DNA of 64,000 nucleotides from contig NW_014577084.1 of NCBI RefSeq assembly GCF_000485595.1, forward strand, positions 801,730 to 865,729. Reading direction: 5' to 3'. Positions within the stretch are counted from its first letter, which is position 1, and every line of letters starts with the position of its first letter. The DNA comes from Priapulus caudatus (lineage: Eukaryota). Made by a program: the position numbers and the translations under genes. The notes beneath the pieces were generated by a model, which was not told the origin of the DNA, did not search any database, and worked only from the letters and a program-made list of their open reading frames with translations. Below are positions 39,895 through 53,602 of this stretch, piece after piece.

Positions 39895-40025
39895 ATGTGA
39901 GTTCCAAGTTCCTTAACCTCATGACTAATGACATCATCTATACTGGCATCTGGTGCCAACTCCTGAATGACTTCTGGCGTGTTGGCTGATAAAGACACCC
40001 GCTGAGAACTTGTCTGCAGATCAGC
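39895..40025 (-). CDS. TRAPPC13: TRAPPC13 exon 4: [12 protein letters not shown]...[16 protein letters not shown](I)
   Basis: Acceptor gtatttcag (phase 0), donor AT|gtatgt (phase 2). Confidence 0.95.
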
Positions 40026-40230
40026 CTGAAATACGTAACCACTATATTAGCCAAGATATATCATTATATTATAACTCAATCACACAGTAACATTTTGGTA
40101 CAGCATGACTCTTTATAATATATTTTACTTTTGAGTAGCCAATCAGCTAGTACACATAAGCAAATGACCCTGAATGGGCCAGATGAAATGCTCACTGAAC
40201 TATACTACCAAACACGCTTATGGTACCTGC

Positions 40231-40315
40231 CTTGATTGCAACATCTTTTGCTAGCTGGTCACTTTCATTGTGGATACTGATGCAACTTGTGAACGTCTCA
40301 CCAAGGAAAATGTTC
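40231..40315 (-). CDS. TRAPPC13: TRAPPC13 exon 3: [28 protein letters not shown]
   Basis: Acceptor gttcgacag (phase 2); conserved NIFLGETF; the frame requires the donor AAG|gcaggt. Confidence 0.93.
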
Positions 40316-41171
40316 CTGTCGAACAGATTGTCAAAATTGCAATCACGAAATAGCGAAATCCCGAGCTATGAGCTTACCTAGGCTAATATAGATACCAGCA
40401 AATAGTTAGCAAAAGAACAGTACCTTATTAAAGCACACAAAGTGCTCTAGCCCATCTGATATACTAGTCTAAGACCCAATTCTCAAAACACCCCATAGAA
40501 TATTACATTTGTGCTCCACACAACAAGAACTTTCATTTGATGGTGGCAATTCAAGCTTAAACCCTGTATACCTCTATGTAAATCTGGGGATGTGACTGTA
40601 TGATGCCACAACATGCCCAAAAATAATCTAAAAATAAAAATATTCATTTTCTGCTTCTGTACCCTCAGGCGAATGAATTTATACCTATTGGTCAAAATTA
40701 CCACACTATACGCATCAGCTACCTCTATGTACTTTAATACCTTGTTAATTGCATTTCATCTTAATTTATCACAATAAAACACACTCCATCTATTGTGGTA
40801 CACAGTCCTTTAAAATATAAGGCTATTTGATAATTTTTATTGTTAGTGGCAAAAAACTGAAAGAACAATGTGATTTCGTAAGGAAATTATGTAAATATTC
40901 TGGTCTTTTAATGTCCTCTGTGCAATGGTTACATCATTAGAGTTACCACACAGTTGAAAAAGAGTAGTTCCCGCTATTTTCAGAAAATATTCGATTTATA
41001 GGGGGCGGTGGTTGGCAAAGCTTTGTTACAAGGCAATATGTGAACCATGTGTACTTTTCATAATCAGATATTATTTGATACCAACAAAATTGATCTCTGG
41101 CATGGAGATATCCTATCACTTCCTCAGTATATTATACCTAAAAATATTCTATGGGCATAGTACTGCACGAA

Positions 41172-41420
41172 GGGTCGTTGTCGTAACAGGTACTACAGAT
41201 ATGTACCCGAGGTAGTTTTAGGTTTTTAGTATTGTTTATAATTTTATATGAGGTATGTTTAGGGTTAGGGTTAGGGTTAGAGTTAGGGTTAGGGTTAGGG
41301 TTAGGATTAGGGTTAGTGTTAGGGTGAGGGTACATTTCTGTAGTACAAGTGTAGTACACTTTGTGTATACATATATGTACCTCGGGTACATATCTGTAGT
41401 ACCTGTTACGACAACGACCC
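41172..41420. mobile_element. MITE with 43-bp perfect TIRs and internal (TTAGGG)n
   Basis: GGGTCGTTGTCGTAACAGGTACTACAGATATGTACCCGAGGTA and its reverse complement bound the element. Telomere-like repeats lie at 41259-41330. A related partial copy is at ~10010-10173. Confidence 0.85.
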
Positions 41421-41538
41421 CTTGAGCCATAGTACTGTCACTTTATGGTATCATACCAAGTATAGGTACGAGACCAGGTGGAGTACTACATTACCATTTT
41501 TTCAGTGTTCTGGTCACTAGACTATTAAAATGACATAC

Positions 41539-41704
41539 CCAAAACTCTGTGGTAATGTGAGAAGGTCACTGATGGGAAACTGATCACATGACTCCACAGC
41601 CCAGATTTTACCAGACATTGTATGCTGTAAGGAGCCAGTTAGGTCATGTGGATCAACTGGCAGTCTCGGGTCACTGAAGAAAGACGGCTTTGTTAGCCGC
41701 ATCA
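41539..41704 (-). CDS. TRAPPC13: TRAPPC13 exon 2: (V)MRLTKPSFF...LLTLPQSF(G)
   Basis: Acceptor atttcag (phase 1), donor GG|gtatgt (phase 2); conserved VMRLTKP and L.LPQ.FG. Confidence 0.95.
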
Positions 41705-43544
41705 CTGAAATAAATGTTCATTCCCATATGTGAATTTCCGATTATTGCTATATTAGGCCAGACGATAATTTGTATCGCAACTGCAAGAAGCAGCACAAAC
41801 AATAGCACCCGCCACCTATATCACGCACACCAGCAGCCTTTAATTAAAATTTTCATAAATATTAAATTGAAAAAGTTAGTAATATATATAAACATTTTAT
41901 TCAAATTATTACTGAAGACTGTGTCATGCTATCTTTTAATGTTAGTGTAAGAACCAATATGTTCAGTATTTTAATTTGTTTTATATTTGTTTTTACCTTG
42001 TAAATAGCCGACTTATACACACTCTTGATAACTCGTGGCATTAGTAATACAGTAATAATTCTGATCAAAACTCTCATCTATGAAGTATATTATAATGATA
42101 ACATCCTACACTAGACTCCAAATCTAAAATACAAAGACTATCTGTGAAAACAATTTGTATTTACATAAAGTGTTACTTTGTAAAACGGAAACAAGCATAA
42201 AAACGATTTATATACGCCATCTAGCGATGGGAATCGGCTGGAATATAATGATCGATTATTAGTTCCACCAAACCGATTGATCAATCGATTATGATCAGAT
42301 AATCGTTTAATCATCATAATGCATGCATAACCTTACTTTATTTGACCTAAAACTACGAGAGGTAATAAGTTTCCATAGTTTGTTTCAAAGGTGCAACAGC
42401 AACAGAGAATGCATTGTGAAAATGTAGTTATTTTGCCTTCAGCTTATTGAGCAATTTTAAGGCAGCATGGAAAATTTGTAAAGCAACAGGGAAAACATTT
42501 TCTTCGAAAATTAGTCATCACGATTATCATGACAACTCACTTTTTAACAACACATCTTATATAGGGCAAAGAAGGATACGTTCTCAGTGCCTCAAATGGA
42601 CGGTCGCCTACTCGCCACAGGCGACAAATGTCTAGCTCGGGCGACCGAAAATTGCACAAAGTCAAGTAGTCACTGGCCCCCCAAAAAAGCTTGGGCGACT
42701 GCCAATATTTCAACAAATAAACAAATTTACTGATATGTTTGAGTTGTTCTTTGCTTACTAACTAATCATAATCTTAAACCGGAGTCCACGGTAGGATACA
42801 ATCAGACCACACTCGCGCATTTTCGTTCCGACTGAGCTTGCTGACAGCGGAGTAGACTGGTACTCTTCGACTCTCCTGCTACACTGACATCTAGCATAGC
42901 AACCGCGAGTGGGTACCGGTCTAGTGCTAAAAACCAGTCTACGGAAGTTGCGATCTGTTACGAGGACAGTGATTGGTCAAATGCTACAATTCTAAACCAA
43001 TGAAAATGTCGGTCGCTAAACTTGCCTAGTGACACCAAAAATGGCGGGGGCTTCGAAAGACGCCTGGGGTTTTCTGAAACGGGTTGGGGAGGCAGAGAAT
43101 AAGCGGCAGCCCTCGAAATACGCCAAGTAAGTTACATGCTGATTTGTTGTTATTGTATTCTATAATAAGTAACGAATAAACAATGCGGAAAAGATCGACA
43201 ACAAACATCGTTAACAATATTATCCGATAGCTGACACATGAGATTGCGTGTCAAATGAGATTGCGCATCCATTTTTTTTTTCTGTATACCAAAAGTGTTT
43301 GCAGTAAAAACAACTCAGGTTGTGTGAACAGCTTTGTTATTTTATCATAGACTTATTTGTGTCACACAAATTAAATTTTGGATCGTCACTCAGACTCAGC
43401 AGACGGAATTCATTTTTTTCTTTTCCGTCAGTCACCTATTCGGTATAAAAAATTTGGGCCTCCAACAATCCATTTGGGCCAGTAACTCAAAAATTTGACT
43501 CGCCCCCCCAAAATTTTTCTCATTTTATTGAAACGCTCCAAGCA

Positions 43545-46500
43545 CAGGCACTTGGAGCGTTTCAATAAAATATAATGCTAAATAAATACGAAATCTATTT
43601 ACTACCAAAGTCTTAATGTTTCTCGACTCTCTTTCACCTATTATTGCCGACAATTTCCTGTAAATGCCGTCCAAATGCTCATCTACAACACACTGTCACA
43701 CGCTGGCCGCTGCACGCTAGCTGCTGCACACTGACACATAAATATATAGCAGGTAGGAAAGCGTGCTGGCAAAATTCGCTCGACGCTCGCTTTATTTCAT
43801 ACGAATACAACGCAAATATTCAACCATTCTACTCCATCATTGTTTCTATTTGAAGAACAGTGTTCACTTGTTATAAAAACATACTGTCTGTGTTCGTAAC
43901 CGAGCTGTGTCACGCAAAATCACACAAAGCCTGACGAAATTCTCGCGTTCGCTCCCGTTGCGCAGTTTATGTAAATGGCTGGCGGAATCAGGAAACACCC
44001 ACCGGCGCTCTTCGTTACCTCATTTTTGCGCCGCAACGCTGCAACGTTTTTGCAACGCTCCACTGGCGGCTGTGACGGGGCTCGTACGGGAGTTGGAAAG
44101 CAGCTTGTTATTTTCTAAAATGCAGTGCGCCGCCTATAGCCCTGTACTTGCAGCTTTTTATAACAAGTGAACACTGTTCTTCAAATAGAAACAAAGATAG
44201 AGTAGAATGGTTGAATATTTGTGTTGTATTCGTATGAAATCAAGCAAGCATCGAGCGAATTTTGGCAGCACGCTTTCCTACCTGCTATATATATTTATGT
44301 GTGAAGGTGCAGCAGCTAGCGTGCGGCTTACTTGTGTGTTGCAGATGAGCATTTGACCGGCATTTTCACCGCACCGGATTTCTCACCGGCCAATGAAATC
44401 ATCGCTGTCCGGTGCGGTTCAATGCAAGATTGCCAGTTTTGTTTGTAGCAAAGTTTGCGTGATTTTTATGTCGTGATGTTTTAATAAAATAAATGTGATT
44501 AAAGAGGAGAATACTGCATGACGTGTTTTGTAATGTAGGTAAGATGTTAATAAAGCGACGGCTTTAGGTATTTCTTTGACTTTCTATGTAACACGGCCGT
44601 AAATAGTGAAAAGGTTATCGTGCAAAATTCACAAGTTTTGTCTATGGAAGGCTATTTGGGCCCTAAAATAACATCAGAATATAAAAATTTTTAGGGCACA
44701 ATTTATTGGTCTAGTGATTATAGGTGAAATAGAGTAGAGAAACATTAAGACTTTGGTAGTAAATACATTTCGTGTTTATTTACTTTTGAGGCTTTTTTTT
44801 CTGAGGCTGAGGCTGTGGCTCCAAGTGCCTGCATGCATGTGCCTGTGTCAGGGTGCACCGGTGGCGGTGCTATGCACAGGCACTTGAAGCGTTTCAATAA
44901 AATATAATGCTAACTAAATACGAAATCTATTTACTACCAAATTCTTAACGTTTCTATAGGCCTACTCTCTTTCACCTATTATTGCCGACAGTTTCCTGTA
45001 AATTCCGTCCAAATCCTACATCCAACCATATATACGCTGAATTTACAGGAAACTGTCGGCAATAATAGATGAAAGAGAGTAGCTAGGCCTATAGAAACAT
45101 TAAGAATTTGGTAGTAAATAGATTTCGTATTTAGTTAGCATTATATTTTATTGAACCCAGTGGCTGGAGGTACGGTAGCCGTCGTTCGTTGAAGCCCCTT
45201 TATGGCGTTAGGGTTAGGGTTAGATCTAGCCTCAGTCTAACTCTCAAATTCGTAATTTATTTTCCCAAGGCTTATTTCGACAATCTGGCGCCACCGCCGC
45301 CATCTTTGTCCGTTAAGAATGAAATCGAATGGACTCCGCGTACCCGTAGCCTCGAGACATAATATACGGCTTACCGTACCCGTAGCCACTCCTTTATGGA
45401 AACGCTTCAAGTACCGGCTCATTAGGTGTCTATGTCCCCCAGGGTACTGCCGAACGTACCCTGGTCACTATTTGATATGGTTAGGGTTAGGATTAGGGTT
45501 AGGGTTAGGGTTGTTAGGTTTAGGGTTCGGGTTCGGGTTCGGGTTAGGGAGTAGGCGTAGGCGACTCCCTATACTCGTTAGTGGAGTAGGCTAGGTACGG
45601 TCCGGCATATAATATAGTACCAGGGTACGTTCCGGTATACCGGACCGTACCCAGGGTACGTTCCGGCAGTACCCCGGGGGTAGACCAATAAATTGTGCCC
45701 TAAAAAATGTTATATTCTGATGTTATTTTAGGGCCCAATAGCTTTCCATAGACAAAACCTGTGAATTCTGTCGTGCAAAATGCACGACAACCTTTTTAGT
45801 ATTTACGGCCGTGTTACATAGAAAATCAAAGAAATACCTAAAGCCGTCGCTTTATTAACATCTTACCTACATTACAAAACACTTGTCATGCAGTATTCTC
45901 CCCTTTAATCACGTTTATTTTATTAAAACATCACGACATAAAAATCACGCAAACTTCGCTACACACAAAACTGCCAATCTTGCATTGAACCGCACAACGA
46001 CATTTCTCACCGGCCAATGAAATCATCGCTGTGACGCTGTCCGGTGCGGTTCAATGCAAGATTGGCAGTTTTGTGTGTAGCGAAGTTTGCGTGATTTTTA
46101 TGTCGTGATGTTTTAATAAAATAAACGAAGTGTCTAAACAACCGGATCCGGTTTTGGTATCCTGAAAACTAAACAACCGGCTCTCTTCTCTGATTGGCTA
46201 ATTTTGTCACTATTTCATTTATTATTATTTTTGGCTAATTTTATTTTATTTTAGAATTAGGGATAGGGTTAGGGTTAGGGTTAGGGTTAGGGTTAGGGTC
46301 TATAGCTCTAACTTTCAAGTTGGTTGCAGTGGCTCAACGGTAGAGTGTTCGCTTCTTGATAGTAAAGTACCGTGTTCGAACCCCATAAGGTGTTTTTATT
46401 TTCCTCTGCTTTCTATTTCTTTGTATTTTATTTGTTTCTGCATTTATTTGTTCCGTATTCATTTATTTGTTCTGTAACTTTTGTTTATGTTAGGAATTCA

Positions 46501-46897
46501 ATATATTTCTTTATGTTTTGCATTAAAAATTTTCCTAATATATTTGTCCTGTTATGTTCGGAAACTGACCAATCAGAGAAGAGAGCCGGTTGTTTAGTTT
46601 TCAGGCCTCCGAAACCGGGTCCGGTCGTTTAGCCACTACCTAAAATAAACGTGATTAAAGAGGAGAATACTGCATGACAAGTGTTTTGTAATGTAGGTAA
46701 GATGTTAATAAAGCGACGGCTTTAGGTATTTCTTTGATTTTCTATGTAACACGGCCGTAAATAGTAAAAAGGTTGTCGTGCATTTTGCACGACAGAATTC
46801 ACAGGTTTTGTCTATGGAAGGCTATTGGGCCCTAAAATAACATCAGAATATAAAAATTTTTAGGGAACAATTTATTGCCATATTGGTCTACCCCGGG
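43545..46897. mobile_element. Cluster of nested foldback/palindromic elements in TRAPPC13 intron 1
   Basis: Inverted pairs: ~43700-43875 / 44158-44325; 44892-45010 / 45035-45155; 45672-45995 / 46045-46897, the last interrupted by a MITE. Confidence 0.75.
46127..46640. mobile_element. Mutator-like MITE (~10-bp TSD) carrying (TTAGGG)n and a tRNA-like segment
   Basis: TSD TAAAATAAAC at 46117-46126 and 46641-46650; ~70-bp imperfect TIRs (CTGAAAACTAAACAACCGGCTCTCTTCTCTGATTGG and its reverse complement). Confidence 0.8.
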
Positions 46898-47105
46898 AGA
46901 CATGATAGACCCTATCAGCTCAAGTGCCTGTGGCTGTGGTGCTGTGCCCTAGACTAGGCTCTGCCTCTAGCCACTAATACGGTGTCGTTTTTATTGAAAT
47001 TCATTAATGGGTCTACATAAGGTCTATCCAAAACAGATTATTCGATTGCTTTAAGTGTGCATCTGTAAAGTAAGGCTGACATTACTACGGTGCATGAAAA
47101 AATAC

Positions 47106-47148
47106 CTTTTAGTGCCAACAAATGTTCTCTATCCTTTCCCGCTTCCAT
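47106..47148 (-). CDS. TRAPPC13: TRAPPC13 exon 1: MEAGKDREHLLALK(V)
   Basis: caacATGG start context, conserved EHLLALK, donor G|gtattt (phase 1) matching exon 2. The ten exons sum to 1218 nt (405 aa plus stop). Confidence 0.92.
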
Positions 47149-47651
47149 GTTGCTTGTAAGATCACGCCCCCTCGCGGGCACATTATAGCGGAATCTGCCG
47201 TGAATAGCGGACCTTCACGCGAGTCACGCAAGGCTGGCTACTCGCGATTCGGGGCATAAGCACGCGCGGTAACATTCCCGCGGATCACCTACTGCAGTCA
47301 ATGACCGTGGCCGAGGTACGATATAGAAAGTGCTCGTAGTAAAATCTTGGTCGTTTGTTTATTGGAGTAGAAAGATTACGGGCAAGCAAGTTCTGTCGAA
47401 ATCGGTTCGTGATTGCGACAACATTTCATCTCCGAAAGTCATCACCTTGTGATGTTGTGCAGACTGAGACTGTACAGTAACGTTGCAGACCAGCAGATAA
47501 GTGCCGGAGCGCCGAGTTATAAATAACACCAACACCAACAGGCATAACAACGGTGTTCAGGCCAAAAACAGAACAGTTGTCTTCACGGCCGCGGAGGAGC
47601 AAAGGTCGAGGAAGTTTCCCATCCACCGCTGTGGTTAAAGCGATCAGCGCA
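47149..47651. promoter_or_regulatory. Putative bidirectional promoter / 5' UTRs between TRAPPC13 and the PAWR-like gene
   Basis: The two divergent ATGs are ~500 bp apart, and the interval is visibly CpG-rich. Confidence 0.6.
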
Positions 47652-48119
47652 ATGGCTTCAGGTTGCTTGACAGACGAGCTGGAAAATGACAACAATGTAT
47701 GTGACTACGACTACGCCTATGACGAATACGAAGATTGCACGCAAACAGCAAGCAATCGATGTGAGTCGGTAGTGGAGGCCCTGTCGCCTCGATTCAAACC
47801 AAAAATCGCCAATAAATTGAACAATGGCATCAATTTCAACGAACTTTCCCAGATCTCACTGGATAAACACAATAGCGACAAGGAGAACTGTGCTATGCAG
47901 ATTGGACTTCCACCGCACATGCCCATCGACGATGAGCAGACAGATCAAACCACTAATGACTCTTACAACGCATCAAATTCACGAGAATCGCCGGGCCGGT
48001 CAACGGGTCTGAGGTCAAATGACAAGAGGGGCCGACCAACGAATGCCAGGAAAGAAAAGAGACGAATGAGAGAGAAAAGACGGAGTACTGGAGTTGTGCA
48101 CTTGCACATGTCCACAGAG
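47652..48119 (+). CDS. PAWR: PRKC apoptosis WT1 regulator (Par-4)-like, first coding exon
   Basis: MASG... ending KEKRRMREKRRSTGVVHLHMSTE|gtattt; EKR..REKRRSTGVV is the conserved Par-4 NLS/SAC core. Confidence 0.8.
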
Positions 48120-50277
48120 GTATTTACACATATATATATATATATATATTATATTGGACCCAGAAATCTTTCTTTCCTTCTTCATTTTCTTGTAACTTAA
48201 TTCTTATTACGCCTAGTGTATTGTATTCGTGACGTTTATGAAGTTCCGTGTATAATCAGGAACGCGACGAAGTGCGACATATTTTCTGCACCGAATGTGT
48301 CCATCGTGTTGTAATGATTGTTAGTATAGTGACTCATTGAGGTAGAATGCATGGAATCTCGTAAAACTATATAGGAACTTGTCCACATTCTCGGGTTTGT
48401 TTTACGATGCAGGAAACCAGTATTTAGGTCCACACACGTTTATGGCATCTTGTCATATTTGCTTGACTGCAAAAACATCCGGGGCGGCTATTGACAATTT
48501 AGACGACAATTATACGAGCAACTGGTTTGATGAGTGATTCGGTCATTCCCGTAGGGCCTACTGGTCAAATAATATTTGCAAACAATTGTTTTCACAATAC
48601 GTAGGCCTATATGCGTAGTAATGTGAATTCGTTTGGTTATCTACACATATGTGGCTAATCGTCGACTAGCAGAGTGAGCTATAGGTGGCTCACCTACGTA
48701 TAGCTGCTGCAGACCCTCTTTCAGAGCTACCTAACTCTCACCTCTGAATATAGATCTATCGTATTATGCAACCACGGATGAGGTCAGTTTCCTTATTCAT
48801 TGTTATATAACAGTGTAGGTAATCCTCGAGAGAATGTAGGTCTGCTGACTGCCCGCTGTGGGACGCAGGTCACAACTAAATAGGCTTGACCGTTCAAATG
48901 GTAAACAATATACTATTACTTTCCTTTCGTGTTCCACCCTGTCGTGGTCCGTCTGCGACTATGCGGGGGCGAGGGAGCCGACCAATTCTAACGCAATATT
49001 TGATACACTGCTCGCAGATCTACCTACATATAGGAAGCAGATATGTTGAGCTATACATATTGTTTATTAAATTGTGCGCATTGATATACATCAGGAGTAG
49101 ATAATAGGGAAGTCCGTTTGTCAATAGAGCCAGTTTGTCAAATTTAAAAATGATAGCTGAATTATATATCTACTTACTGTCCTGCAGTTCTGGAGATGTA
49201 TATTTTACGTTGCTTTCATCTTGCGCAGTAATAATAACAGGTGGGAGCGTAATAATTTACGTACAGACAGCTGCTGCCAAAAAACCCTAAACCGTTGCAT
49301 TCAAGGGATTCTTTTGATCACAACTGATTTATTTAGAGTGTGTGCCGTCATTATATGTACGGTATTACTGTAAAGTTTTTGTTTGTTAAGTTTCACCCGA
49401 TATCATCGCTTCTGCTACCCAGAGGCAATTTTTGCTGTCGCCTGATGTTTTCGCTCTAGTCTTTTATCGTCGTCAAGTCGTTATAGCCGAATCACGTGAC
49501 AGCGGAATCTTGGCACGCGCGTGTACGGCCGACCCACTTACATGATTTACAGTTTTTCGCGGCGTCGATGAAAACCGAACATTTCCTGTCAAGTGGTTTG
49601 CTGCTGCTATTGGTACAAGTCTCGTGGCAGTTATCTCCAGCTGGCTGGCTGTCCTAGTTGAGGCATGCAGGAGTCGTGTAATTCGGTAGCGCTAGCTGGT
49701 AGACGGTTCCGGGCACTGCTATACAAAGACACCGCCGCTTTAGGGGGGGTATTCAGCCGACTGCACCGCAAATAGCTGCATCATCCCTAAGTGTTGTTAG
49801 AGTTCCTTCCCCCTATGTTACGCCGTGAGCGCGCTAGACGGGAAAGTTTAATTTGAATTGCTTTGAATTAAATAAGCAGAGGGTTGAGGTTGTATCTTTT
49901 GAGTCGCATTTGTTAATTATTAAAAGTGACAGAGACTAAAACACGCACGCACGCACGCGCATGCGTGCACACACGCATACACACACGTATAGCTATAGAG
50001 AAAGGGGAGAGATGGCGAAGGAGAAGTAGGAATAAATGGATGGATGGATGGGCTGACAGACGGACGGACGGACGTACAGGCGGACGGACGAATATAGGGA
50101 CGAACGGACGGACGGGCGCGCAGGCGGGCGCGTGGGCGGGCGTATGGATGGATGGATAGATGGACGGACGGACGAACGGTCGGACTGAATGATAAACCTT
50201 TACTAGAGTTGTATACGTGCACTGGTTGCAACTGTATTTTATCAGAGATTTACTGCTCGCGTTCTGAGGTTTCTAAC

Positions 50278-50342
<65 letters not shown>

Positions 50343-51031
50343 CATATACCCAGCAGACTTCCTTCATGCTAAACGCGAGTTCGTAATTAAATAGCGTTTA
50401 GACCAGCAATTAGTCGGTGTGATTGGGTAGTGAGAACAAGCCCGGGTGGAATTCCCACGGCGAGGATCCGTTTCTAGAAACCTTATCATGGTGAATGATT
50501 TAACCTTTATATCTCGGCAGTGCCTATATAAATGTAATACATGTCGTAAATATCTCTTCGCACTCAAAGTATTTTCACTGCCCACATCCTTTCATTTTCT
50601 GTGTAATATTGTGTGTTCCTATCTGTCCAGAAGAGTCGTTTTCCACCGCATTACGCATTTTGTATTTGCTCTCGTTGTGTCGGGATCTTAGCCCGGCGTA
50701 CACAGGTGATTGTCTGTCACCTGACTCTAGCGCAAACGTCTGCGTTCTACCCCATTGTAACTACCAGTCTGTGGTTCGACTGTGACCCGACTGATTGACA
50801 TTACTCAAGAAATATCACGCTTATTATGATTTTGCTATGACCAGACCATAGTTAGTCAGCGCGTGCCAGTGATCTGAGACTAAATTAACACTTCTTCGAT
50901 GTGAGCGCGATCGGTCTCGCTATCGGAAATCAACGAGAGCGCAACGAGAGCAAGAGCAAAACGCGGTGATAGCTAATTGTGCCTGCAATGTGTCACTCGT
51001 GCCGTACCACCCAGTTGAACAGTTTTGTCGG

Positions 51032-51065
<34 letters not shown>

Positions 51066-53602
51066 TATATAGTTTAAGTGGTGAACAGTGTGACGGTATT
51101 TGTCAAGAATCGCCAGAGGGTAATTTGACAATATCGCTTCACTAACCAGTCACTACAGGTCGATGACGTTAGGCGTGCCAATTGGAATCCTGTCCGTTTA
51201 TCATTGTTATTGCGTGCGGTAGACCTGTCGCGCTGCATTTCGCTGTTTGTTCTCCCCTAGGCTTGTGAAAGACATTCTAAAGAACGATGTCAATGTTGTC
51301 ATAAAGCAATTGACACCATTGTTAGTTAATGACACCAACGGCGTTTTATATTACACTTTATAAGCTTCTTGTTATAGTTAGTTGTTGGTTATCGAGAACT
51401 TGATAAGTAATGCTGATTCTAATCGGTTGTATATGTTGTTGTGATACTATGGTAAAGTTTGTAGTATGTATGTTTTAACATACCATATATACGCTTGCCA
51501 AGTTCATAAGCTTGCTAAAATGAGTTTTGATTTGCTATACAATTAAAATATAGCAACAATTAATGTTATGCATTTTTAAGTAACGATTTAAAGGTATGAC
51601 TAACGGGTATATGTCACTCGTGTTTAAACAGTGCAATTCGGATTAAGTTTCAATAACATAATAAGCCTTAATTCAAGTCGAATCGAATCGAGTCGAATCG
51701 AGTCGAATCGAAGTCTGGTGTGATTTAATGGTAGAGCCACATATTGCGTCGCTGGGAAATTACTACTCAAACTTTATTTTAGTTACTTTAACCAAGTGTA
51801 CTGTGTACTTTGCGTGTATGTGCTTGTAAACCAATGCCTGTGTCATAATTTATTAACCGGTTTTTCGATCATAATTTAAACACTTATCGTTTACACTTAC
51901 CGAAATACATGTGATTTCTTATTTTTAGTCGATCCGTTTAACTAACTTTATCATATATATGCGTTTTCGAATTTCAGCGTGATTGATGGTTGACGTTCCT
52001 GAACAGTTTCCAAGCATAATGTTTCCTTTTTGGCCGCTGCATATAGTTATCACGCCCACGAGTCAACATGATTATATTGCAAGCCTTGCCGGCAATGGCC
52101 ACCCCGCTGACTGCCTTGAGAAATTTCAGCAAGGGATCGAGAGGTCGGCTTCCTGCGGCCGGATGCTTGCTGCGCAGCTTTTAACCATTCTAGAAAGAAG
52201 GCGTTTCGTTGGCAACGTTTCAACACAAGCAATTATGGCGTTCTTAATAAACAGTTCATTAGTAGTGTTTCGTGCGTGGATTGAAGGAGGGCCACGGGGA
52301 ACAAATAACTGTAACAAGTAGTCTATAGTCTAGAGACCAACGCCGAGAGCTTTCGCGGACTGGGAACAGCTCGCAGACTTAAAACAAAACAAAAGCTAGC
52401 CGAGTGCTGCTTGTGATTTTTGGTTTCAACGCTGACACAAACATATTTTTTCATGGGTGCTGGTGATTTGAAGTAGTACTGTTTACAGCACGTGGCTATT
52501 AGGTAAAGTGAAGCCATTCATCCATGGCACGGCATATAGGAGAATACTACGCATTTTTGCAAAACATCGCTTGAAAGATTCCCAGTATCGCAGCTGATAG
52601 AGTCTATAGACACTAATTGCTTTGCCAAGTTGTCTTCTGATACCATAACACACACAAAATATAGTGGATGTGCAAAGATTCTTGAGCGGAGAACATGGAT
52701 AGAGTGTAGAAAAAAGCATCGCAAAAACTATTACGATTTATTAACCTTCGGCGGAATAAAACAGTCGTATTTGATTTGAAACAGCTGTGATGTTTGTGAT
52801 CGTGCAACGTTTTTAGTGATTATTATTTCAACTCTAGCATACTTGTAAAATTGATCTACTTTTCCTATTTAGACGCGGTGATATGTCTAGAAAAACAACC
52901 CTGTCAGCTGTTTACCAATCATACATCAAAAACGCTTGTAAGCTATAATCTGCTACTTGGCTTAGATACATATCAGATACACATTCCCTATTATTTACTT
53001 CTGATACATATCTACCTTTATATCAAGAGCTAATAATACATATAATAGCTATATAATAGGTATTATTAGCTATTGTTTATATGCATTTAGTCGCGTGTCG
53101 ATTAACAATGATTGTGGATGGCAGTGACTCATTTAGTTAATTCGTTTCACTAATCGCACCTACCGATTCCGTTTTCTAACACTCTTCCTGCACCTGGTAA
53201 GCGTATCGGCTGTTCGCCTTTTCACATTTAATGCATTGTTGTAGGATAGATATCCAAGGACTAATAATACAATATTATTAGCTCTTGATATAATTAACGC
53301 AGGCCGGGCGTACGTGAGCCGGACTTTATAACTAGTCATTTATTTTTCAGCATGTTAATTGGATTTTTTCATCCATGTCATTAGTTGCCGTTTGTCAACA
53401 GATATAGCTTCGTTGGTCGTGACGTGCAATTAAGCCTACGTGGATTTCCTCACGATTCAACGACTTCATATATTACATGCCCTTGAGCCACAGTAGTCCG
53501 CGGTTCACGAAGAATCTAGTCTGTAAATTGTCATCACTAGATGATGTTGATCATCTTTATTATGTACTCAAATCAATAAAGTAACCATCTCTTACTTTTC
53601 AG

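Noticed and set aside
46322..46390. Functional tRNA gene
   Set aside because: A/B-box-like motifs are present, but I could not fold a convincing acceptor or anticodon stem, and it lies inside a transposon.
47553..47651. GTG-initiated N-terminal extension of the PAWR-like ORF
   Set aside because: The ORF caller used a non-ATG start. The first ATG (47652, gcaATGG) has good context and resembles the Par-4 start.
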